DNA of 64,000 nt from Gemmatimonadales bacterium (GTDB lineage Bacteria > Gemmatimonadota > Gemmatimonadetes > Gemmatimonadales > GWC2-71-9), in the NCBI GenBank assembly GCA_039915685.1, contig JBDSMU010000009.1, positions 406 through 64,405 on the forward strand, in the 5' to 3' direction. Both the position numbers and the translations under genes were made by a program. Below are positions 11,269 through 18,278 of this stretch, in pieces (positions within the stretch are counted from its first letter, which is position 1; each line of letters begins with the position of its first letter). Under the pieces are notes generated by a model that was not told where the DNA came from, did no database searches, and worked only from the letters and a program-made list of their open reading frames with translations.

Positions 11269-11904
11269 ATGGGACGATTCCCGGGATTCCTGTTGATCGT
11301 GGCCGCGTGTGCCTGTGCGCCTCGCAACGTACCGGCCCAAACGACGGTGGTCGACACTGCGCTTGTCGACGGCTTGCCGCTCGGCCGGGGCCGTCTCAGC
11401 CAGGACAACATCACCGTGCGCCTCCGGGCGGGGACGCTCGACATCCGAGTCCTGCCCCTCGACGAGCGGGTGCTGCGCCTCCTGTCGAGCGACGGATATG
11501 CATCGTTGCACGCGCTCCTCACCAGCCAGCAGCGAAGGATCGACTCGGTCGCGACGACGCGGGGGGTCCGCCGTCCCGGCGTCGCGCTGGTCTCGTTCCA
11601 CGCGCTGGCACCGGCCACCCGGTTCGACCCCCAGTCGCTGTCCATTTCGCTCCGCAATCGCTACTACCGCCCCATCGGCGTGCTCGCAATGTCCCCGTCG
11701 TTTTCGAGCCAGCAGCTCGATGCCGGCGGTGCGGCGAGTGGGATCGTGATCTACGAGGAGGAGCTGCCGGTAACCGAACCGTTCACCATCAGTTATCTCG
11801 ACGCGACCACCGATGAGTGGGAGCGGCGCCTCCCACGACTCGAGACAGAGCGTGGCCGAATCGTGGGCACGCGCCGGTCGCCCGCTGATTCGGTGCGGCC
11901 CTGA
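11269..11904 (+). CDS. Hypothetical lipoprotein
   Basis: Signal/lipobox-like MGRFPGFLLIVAACAC. The ATG at 11269 immediately follows the engB stop. No recognisable domain. Confidence 0.55.
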   Translation: MGRFPGFLLIVAACACAPRNVPAQTTVVDTALVDGLPLGRGRLSQDNITVRLRAGTLDIRVLPLDERVLRLLSSDGYASLHALLTSQQRRIDSVATTRGVRRPGVALVSFHALAPATRFDPQSLSISLRNRYYRPIGVLAMSPSFSSQQLDAGGAASGIVIYEEELPVTEPFTISYLDATTDEWERRLPRLETERGRIVGTRRSPADSVRP

Positions 11905-11906
11905 CG

Positions 11907-12746
11907 ATGCCGATCCGCCCGCTCCGCCAACTTTCGTTGGCCGCTGATGCGATCACCCTCCGAGAGGAATGGCTCGCTGACCTCGCGGCACGGGTCACCG
12001 ACCCGGACGCCGACTGGTCGGTCTTGACGCGCGATACATTGTTCGAACTGACATACCCCGGTCAGGGTACGTGGGAGGAACGAATCGCGGAACCGGGGAT
12101 TTCCCGCGCCGGACGGATGGCCCTCGACGCACTCGACCCGCGCAATGTCACCCTCGAACCGGAGTACTACGCGGAGGTCGACACCGATCGGTTCGCCCGG
12201 GTCAAGCCACTGCTCTGGCTCTGGTACTCGTTCGACCGACTCCCGGCCGGGGGCCAGAACGTCGACCTGGGTGTGCGCCTGCGTCGAATGCTCGCGCCGT
12301 TCATCTTTGCGCGCGTGGGCACCAACTTCAAGTGCTTCCAGCACGTCGAGTTCTCATTCGGATATGACATGGAAGTGGGCGATGACGTAGTGGTCCACCG
12401 TCATGTGCTCCTCGACGATCGCGGCGGCATCACGCTCGGCGACCGGGTGTCGATCTCCGACTATGCCAACATCTACTCGCACACCCACAGCATCGTCGAG
12501 CAGAAGGATGTCACGTCGATGCGTACCGTCCTGGAGGACGACGTCCGCATCACCTATCACGCCACCGTCCTGGCCGGGGTGCGCGTGGGCGAAAATGGCA
12601 TGGTTGGCGCCGGTGCGTTGGCGACCAAGGACGTACGCCCGTACCACGTGCACGTCGGGATCCCGGCCAAGTCCATCCGGGTCAAGCCGAATGCGCCCGC
12701 GGCCATGATCTCGACCTCCATGATGCGGCCGCCAAAGCCAGAATAG
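11907..12746 (+). CDS. Hexapeptide-repeat (left-handed beta-helix) acyl/acetyltransferase with an unrecognised N-terminal domain of about 130 aa
   Basis: C-terminal half has LbH transferase repeats (GDDVVVHRHVLL, GDRVSISDYANI, EDDVRITYHATVLAGVRVGENGMVGAGALATKDVRPYHVHVGIPAK). Confidence 0.8.
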   Translation: MPIRPLRQLSLAADAITLREEWLADLAARVTDPDADWSVLTRDTLFELTYPGQGTWEERIAEPGISRAGRMALDALDPRNVTLEPEYYAEVDTDRFARVKPLLWLWYSFDRLPAGGQNVDLGVRLRRMLAPFIFARVGTNFKCFQHVEFSFGYDMEVGDDVVVHRHVLLDDRGGITLGDRVSISDYANIYSHTHSIVEQKDVTSMRTVLEDDVRITYHATVLAGVRVGENGMVGAGALATKDVRPYHVHVGIPAKSIRVKPNAPAAMISTSMMRPPKPE

Positions 12747-12891
12747 GCCTGCTCCGCCCTCACTCGTGTAGTTGTTACCTGGCCGTTGCACCAGCCCTAC
12801 CGTTCCGTCACGCAATCCCGCGATCCATTCGGTGCTGCGACCCATCCCGATACCCGGGCGGGGCCAAGTGATTCGTCACGGAGCCGGATGC

Positions 12892-15648
12892 ATGAAGCCT
12901 ACATTCCTGTTGCATGCTGCGATCATTGCCGCCCTCACCATCGGGAGAGCGGACGGGGTGGCCGCGCAGTCGCCTGGCAGGCTGGTCGGGCGGGTTCTCG
13001 ACGCCTCGAGCGGACAGCCACTCAGCGGTGCGCGGGTCACGATTGTCGGCACCGCCCTCTCGACCACCTCCGCCGTCGATGGGCGCTACACGATCGCGAC
13101 CATCCCCGCGGGAACCATCACCTTGCGGGTGCTGATGATCGGGTACGGGGCCAAGGCGGTGACCGCGGTCCGGATCGAGCCGGCCCAGGTCACCACCCAG
13201 GATGTCACCCTGGCCGCCCAGGCAGTCCAGCTCGGTGAGATCACCGTGAGTGCCGAGGTGGAGAGGGGCTCCGTGAACTCGGCCCTCGACGAACAACGAC
13301 ACAGCGTCGGAATCATGAACGCGGTCACCGCCGAGCAGATCGCCTCATCACCGGATGGCGATGCTGCCGCAGCCTTGCAGCGAGTGAGCGGTGCCACCGT
13401 CCAGGACGGGAAGTACGTCTTTGTGCGCGGACTCGGCGATCGTTACACCACCGCGTCGCTCAACGGGTCGAGGATTCCGTCGCCGGAACCCGAAAAGAAG
13501 GTTGTGCCGCTCGATCTTTTCCCGGCGTCACTGCTCTCTGCGGTGACGACATCGAAGACATTCACGCCCGACCAGTCCGGTGACTTCTCGGGCGCCGCCG
13601 TCGACATCCGGACCAGGGACTATGTGGGACGTCGCTTTGTCGCGCTCTCGGTGAGCTCGGCCTACAACGATGCCGTGACGGCGCGCAGCGGACTGTTCGC
13701 GCAATCCACCAGCCTCGACTGGCTCGCCCTCGGCGCTGGTGACCGCGCGCTCCCGGCATCGCTCGCTCAGGCCGACTTCACGCAGGCGTTGCCGGCTGCC
13801 CAGGTGAACGGCCTGGTCGGCGAACTCCGCAATGTCTGGTCGCCACGCGAGCGATCGGCCGTACCAAACGCCAGCGCGTCAGCCACCATGGGTGGAAACA
13901 TCCCGGTGGGAGCCAACGGGGTGAGCTACCTGCTCTCGGGTACATACTCCGCAGCGCAGGAGATCCGGACCGAGCAGGTTCGGGCGCTAGCGACCACGCA
14001 AGGCAGCGGGGAGGCAGAGGAGATCGATCGGTTCACCGGAAACACCGGCAGGACCACAGTGCTCTGGGGTGGGATCGCCAACGCCTCCACAACGATCGGG
14101 AGCCACAGCAAGATCTCGATCAACAACACCTATAACCGGACCATGGACAATGAGGGTCGCCGGGAGTCGGGGTTCTCGGAGAATCTCGGCCTGCCGCTCG
14201 ACATCCAGCGGCTCCGCTACGTCGAGCGCAACGTCCAGTCGACGCAGCTCTCGCTGCATCACGAACTCGCGGGACGGCACATGATCGACTGGGGTGTCTC
14301 GCGCTCCAGCGTGGGACGCAAGGAACCCGACCGTTCCGAGATCGTGTACGCCCGCGAGGTCGAAGGCGCTGCGCCGGCGTGGTACGGTTTCTCCAACGAG
14401 GCTGCGGTGCGCACATTCGCCGACCTCTCGGAGCGCTCGCTCGAAGCGAACGCAAGCTGGCAGTACTACCTGGGCGAACCGAGCGACAACCGCAGCATCA
14501 AGATCGGCGGCCAGTACCGGAGCACCGACCGTGTCGCGGACAACAATGCGTACTCCATCTCGCTTGCCCGGCCCCTGAGCCTCGAGGACCGTCAGCGCTC
14601 GCCCGAGGAACTCTTCGGGGGTGCCTTCACCGGCAACGGTGACGACTTTTTCCGGATCGTCCCACTCGCCGCGGGAGGGTCGTACACGGCGCGTGACCGG
14701 CTGGGCGCGGCGTTCGCGATGATTACCTGGCCGCTCCTGCCCAGCGTCGACATCACCGGTGGCGCCCGGGTTGAGCAATCCAAGGTCCGCGTGAGTTCCC
14801 TTTCGACCGTCGGCACGCCCTCTCTGGCCGAGCCGGCATATACCGACCTCCTTCCGTCGCTCGCGCTCACCTGGCGCGCCGGTCCCGACGTGAACTTCCG
14901 GGTCTCCGTCTCGCAAACCTTGTCGCGGCCGGAGTACCGGGAGCTGTCGCCGATCCTGTATCGTGAAGTGATCGGTTTCGACAACGTGCGGGGAAATCCC
15001 GACCTGAAACGCGCGCTCATCCAGAACTACGACATCCGCTGGGAGTGGTACCCCAATCGGGGCGAGATCATCTCCGTCGGGGTGTTCGCGAAGGAGTTCA
15101 CCGATCCGATCGAGCGTATCTACCTCGGATCATCCGGCACACGGATCATCAGTTACGTCAACGCCCGTGGCGCATCGAACCGAGGCGTGGAGGTTGAGCT
15201 TCGCAAGCAACTCGGCGGCGTATTCGCCCTGCTGCGTAACGTCGCGTTGTTCACCAACGCCACCGTGATGAAGTCAACGATCTCCATCGATCCTGACGCC
15301 GGGTCGATCACCAACGCCTCGCGCCGGATGGTCGGACAGGCGCCGTATGTGATCAATGCGGGGCTGACCTGGACTCACCCCGAGGCCGACGCCTCGGCCA
15401 CGGTGTTGTTCAACCGGGTCGGTTCGCGAATCACCGAAGCCGGCGAGCTTCCGTTGCCAGATGTCATCGAACAGGCCCGCAGCGTCCTCGACATCTCGCT
15501 GCGGTTTCCGATCGCCGGCGCGCTCGATGGCCGGGTTGATGCCCGCAACCTCCTCGACGCCCCGTACTTCACCACCCAAGGCGACGTCACGCGCGAGCGA
15601 TACCGAGCGGGGCGGGTTTTCGCGGTGGGCTTCAACTGGAAGCCGTGA
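12892..15648 (+). CDS. TonB-dependent outer-membrane receptor with N-terminal carboxypeptidase-regulatory-like domain
   Basis: Signal peptide from M at 12892. GRVLDASSGQPLSGARVTIVGT...GRYTI (CarbopepD_reg-like). Plug motifs (VFVRGLGDRYT, LNGSRIPSPEP), then a long beta-barrel with a terminal aromatic-rich strand (FAVGFNWKP). Confidence 0.9.
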   Translation: MKPTFLLHAAIIAALTIGRADGVAAQSPGRLVGRVLDASSGQPLSGARVTIVGTALSTTSAVDGRYTIATIPAGTITLRVLMIGYGAKAVTAVRIEPAQVTTQDVTLAAQAVQLGEITVSAEVERGSVNSALDEQRHSVGIMNAVTAEQIASSPDGDAAAALQRVSGATVQDGKYVFVRGLGDRYTTASLNGSRIPSPEPEKKVVPLDLFPASLLSAVTTSKTFTPDQSGDFSGAAVDIRTRDYVGRRFVALSVSSAYNDAVTARSGLFAQSTSLDWLALGAGDRALPASLAQADFTQALPAAQVNGLVGELRNVWSPRERSAVPNASASATMGGNIPVGANGVSYLLSGTYSAAQEIRTEQVRALATTQGSGEAEEIDRFTGNTGRTTVLWGGIANASTTIGSHSKISINNTYNRTMDNEGRRESGFSENLGLPLDIQRLRYVERNVQSTQLSLHHELAGRHMIDWGVSRSSVGRKEPDRSEIVYAREVEGAAPAWYGFSNEAAVRTFADLSERSLEANASWQYYLGEPSDNRSIKIGGQYRSTDRVADNNAYSISLARPLSLEDRQRSPEELFGGAFTGNGDDFFRIVPLAAGGSYTARDRLGAAFAMITWPLLPSVDITGGARVEQSKVRVSSLSTVGTPSLAEPAYTDLLPSLALTWRAGPDVNFRVSVSQTLSRPEYRELSPILYREVIGFDNVRGNPDLKRALIQNYDIRWEWYPNRGEIISVGVFAKEFTDPIERIYLGSSGTRIISYVNARGASNRGVEVELRKQLGGVFALLRNVALFTNATVMKSTISIDPDAGSITNASRRMVGQAPYVINAGLTWTHPEADASATVLFNRVGSRITEAGELPLPDVIEQARSVLDISLRFPIAGALDGRVDARNLLDAPYFTTQGDVTRERYRAGRVFAVGFNWKP

Positions 15649-15658
15649 ACCGACGAAA

Positions 15659-15722
15659 GGTTGAGAGGTTGAGGGGTTGAAGGGTTACGACCCCCACCTC
15701 TCAACCCCTCAACCTCTCAACC
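15659..15722 (+). terminator. 22-bp perfect hairpin (GGTTGAGAGGTTGAGGGGTTGA / 20-nt loop / TCAACCCCTCAACCTCTCAACC) 11 nt after the receptor stop
   Basis: Reverse complement verified base by base. No U-tract follows. The arms are built from the octamer repeat units described in the next feature. Confidence 0.5.
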
Positions 15723-15776
15723 TCTCAACCCCTCAACCTCCCAACCTCTCAACCTCTCAACCCCTCAACCTCTCAA
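15661..15776 (+). repeat. Octamer array: 3 inverted units (TTGAGAGG TTGAGGGG TTGAAGGG) plus 10 direct units CCYCYCAA (15697-15776)
   Basis: Units parsed one by one: CCTCTCAA x6, CCCCTCAA x3, CCTCCCAA x1. There is no G between 15690 and 15779. Confidence 0.9.
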
Positions 15777-15896
15777 CCTGCTCGTTCGTTGCACGACCGT
15801 GACTTCGCCATGACCGAACGCCGACGCATCCGCGCGAAGTTCTGGCTCGTGGAGTCGGCGTTCGGCTTCACGACCATCACTCTCGGGAGAGACGGC

Positions 15897-17585
15897 ATGA
15901 TGTTCGGATCGGGATCGACAACTCGCGCCTTGCTGGGACTCAGCGTTGCCGCGCTCGTGGCGTGCAGCACCAATGACAATGGCGTCAGCCCGCCACCAGC
16001 GACCAACAATCCGCCAACCGGTGTGGCCGCTTCGGCAACCGGCCCGACCACGGTGCAGGTCTCCTTTACCGCGCCGTCCACCGCCGCAAGCCAGTTCGTG
16101 GTGCACCGGGCACCCGGCGGCTCCGGCGGGATCTTCGTCGAGGTCGGCCGGCCGGCCGGTAGTGCCAACGGCTACACCGACACCGGGCTCACGGTGGCGA
16201 CGACCTATCGTTACCGGGTCGCAGCCGTGCGCAACGGGGTAACATCGGCATTTTCGGCCGAGGTATCCGTGACGACATCCGGTCCGACGTTGACGGAGGT
16301 CATCGCGGACATCACCACGAACACCACGTGGACCAGCGACCGCACTTGGCGGATCAAGGGTTTCCGCAAGGTTGCGTCTGGTGCAACGCTCACGATCGAG
16401 GCCGGGACGCGCATCGAGGGTGACTTTGCCACCGTGGGATCGTCGCTGTTCGTACTCCGTGGGGCGCGTATCGTCGCAAACGGCACCGCCGCAGCGCCGA
16501 TCGTGTTCACGTCGTCGCAGCCAGCTGGCCAGCGACAGCCCGGCGACTGGGGCGGGCTGATCATCATCGGTAACGGCGTCATCAACCGCTCGGGGACGGT
16601 CGCTCTCGAGGGTACCGGAACTGATCCGGTGCAAAACCCGACGATCAACTACTCTGGCGGATCGAACAACGCCGACAACAGCGGAACCCTGCGCTACGTG
16701 CGCGTCGAGTACGCCGGATTCGGTCCGGCCCAGGACGCCGAGCTCAATTCTTTCACGTTTGCGGCGGTTGGCAGCGGCACCACAATGGACTATCTCGAGT
16801 CGCTCAACGGCCTCGATGACAGCTTCGAGTGGTTCGGTGGCGCGGCCGACGCCTCGCATCTGGTATCGTACCAGTCGGGCGATGATCACTTCGATATGTC
16901 GGAAGGATTCCAGGGGCGCCTCCAATACCTGATCGCCTACCAGAGCAAGCAGCTTATTCCGCGCGCGGGCGCCGGCAATACGTCGAGCGACCCGCAGGGC
17001 ATCGAGAACGACGGCTGTAATGGCTCTGGCTGCGACGCCGGGCACAACACGATGCCGTTCACCATTCCGGTTGTCGCGAACTTCACCCTGGTCGGCACAG
17101 AGCCGGGTGTCGTGGCCGCCGGCGGAGGTTACGGCATGGTGCTCCGGCGCGGTACTGGTGGGCACTATGTAAACGGGATCATCGCACGGTGGCCGAACGC
17201 AGGCATCAGCGTCCGGGACGCGGGCACAACCAGCCGCGTGACCGAAGGCGTGATGTCTGTTCGCAACGTGCTGATTGCAGAGTCGCCCCTCGCGCTGCAG
17301 GCGGGACAGCAGACCTACGATCTCGCGGGCAATGCGATCACGTTCGAAACGGCCACGACAGCCGCATCGATGTTCGCGAAGTTACCGACGGCGCCCACGT
17401 CTGTGGCTGACTTTGACTGGTCGCTGAGCGCTGCCGCCGCCGCACGCACCGGCGGATTGGCATCCTTCACCGGCGACCTGGCCGCCAAGGCGGGAGTCAC
17501 GATCATGGGAACCACCTATCGTGGCGCATGGAACCCGGCCGGGACCAAGTGGTGGGAAGGCTGGACGAGCTACTCAAACAACTGA
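15897..17585 (+). CDS. Surface-lipoprotein candidate with an FN3-like domain and a beta-helix-like body
   Basis: Lipoprotein signal MMFGSGSTTRALLGLSVAALVACS. FN3-like segment (TGPTTVQVSFTAP...YRYRVAAV). Gly/Asn-rich repeats (GDWGGLIIIGNG, RYVRVEYAG). Sits directly downstream of the TonB-dependent receptor. Confidence 0.75.
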   Translation: MMFGSGSTTRALLGLSVAALVACSTNDNGVSPPPATNNPPTGVAASATGPTTVQVSFTAPSTAASQFVVHRAPGGSGGIFVEVGRPAGSANGYTDTGLTVATTYRYRVAAVRNGVTSAFSAEVSVTTSGPTLTEVIADITTNTTWTSDRTWRIKGFRKVASGATLTIEAGTRIEGDFATVGSSLFVLRGARIVANGTAAAPIVFTSSQPAGQRQPGDWGGLIIIGNGVINRSGTVALEGTGTDPVQNPTINYSGGSNNADNSGTLRYVRVEYAGFGPAQDAELNSFTFAAVGSGTTMDYLESLNGLDDSFEWFGGAADASHLVSYQSGDDHFDMSEGFQGRLQYLIAYQSKQLIPRAGAGNTSSDPQGIENDGCNGSGCDAGHNTMPFTIPVVANFTLVGTEPGVVAAGGGYGMVLRRGTGGHYVNGIIARWPNAGISVRDAGTTSRVTEGVMSVRNVLIAESPLALQAGQQTYDLAGNAITFETATTAASMFAKLPTAPTSVADFDWSLSAAAAARTGGLASFTGDLAAKAGVTIMGTTYRGAWNPAGTKWWEGWTSYSNN

Positions 17586-17595
17586 TCAATCACGT

Positions 17596-17637
17596 CACGG
17601 GAAACGGGGGGCGGCCATCCGCCCCCCGTTTCCCGTG
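17596..17637 (+). terminator. Perfect 19-bp hairpin with 4-nt loop (CACGGGAAACGGGGGGCGG CCAT CCGCCCCCCGTTTCCCGTG)
   Basis: Inverted repeat verified. Starts 11 nt after the lipoprotein stop codon. Confidence 0.65.
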
Positions 17638-17654
17638 CGGACGCGGAGCATCCG

Positions 17655-18272
17655 ATGGAGCAACGATGGCAAAACCTGATTGGTCCCCTTCTTTTTGCGT
17701 TGGCATGCAGCGCGTCACCGCGCGAGTTGCCTCGTGAAGACCAGGTGGCGTCGTGGCGGCAGCCCGGCGACCGGATCGATTCGGTGCTGTCGGTGGCGGA
17801 GTACGAGAGGCGATTCAGGGTAGGGCTCGCGCAGCCGATAAGACTCGCCGACGGGCGGTCGTCCCGAGAGGACCTCGCGCGGTCGATCTTCGGTGCCATC
17901 AGCGCAGGTGACTCCGCCGCACTGGCAGCGCTGATGGTTACCCCGGCCGAGTTTTCGTGGTTGGTGTATCCGTCACACCGCTATCGGACTGAACCCTATG
18001 CGCTCGATCCCTCCATCTTCTGGCTGCAACTGCAGGCGGGAAGTGCCAAGGGCGCGGGGCGCATGCTGGAGCGTTACAGCGGCGACCGCATCACGCTCTC
18101 TACGCTGCGATGCGAGCGCGAGGAAACCACGACCGGCACAATCGTGGTGCTCTGGGCGCCGTGCACTGCAACGATCACGCGCAACGGCAACACCGAGGAA
18201 GGACGCTACTTCGGCGCCGTCGTCGAACGGGAAGGTCGCTTCAAGCTCCTCTCGGCGGGCAATGATTTGTGA
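17655..18272 (+). CDS. Hypothetical secreted/lipoprotein
   Basis: N-terminal hydrophobic segment with Cys (LLFALACSAS). No recognisable motif. Confidence 0.55.
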   Translation: MEQRWQNLIGPLLFALACSASPRELPREDQVASWRQPGDRIDSVLSVAEYERRFRVGLAQPIRLADGRSSREDLARSIFGAISAGDSAALAALMVTPAEFSWLVYPSHRYRTEPYALDPSIFWLQLQAGSAKGAGRMLERYSGDRITLSTLRCEREETTTGTIVVLWAPCTATITRNGNTEEGRYFGAVVEREGRFKLLSAGNDL

Positions 18273-18278
18273 GGCAGA

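Noticed and set aside
12747-12891. Riboswitch (cobalamin/TPP) or Fur box upstream of the TonB-dependent receptor
   Set aside because: No B12-box, TPP-core or 19-bp Fur-like palindrome could be recognised. Only an imperfect GTGATTCGTCAC and a short TCCGTCA-like motif are present.
15661-15776. Possibility that the octamer array is a CRISPR array or encodes a repeat peptide
   Set aside because: The units are 8 nt and contiguous with no spacers, and no cas genes are present. No sense-strand ORF with a plausible start covers it. Only the leader of the rejected antisense ORF touches its edge.
15765-17165. 466-aa ORF antisense to the FN3 lipoprotein gene
   Set aside because: Same high-GC antisense artefact. 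The sense ORF has a lipoprotein signal, an FN3-like module and a strong downstream terminator.
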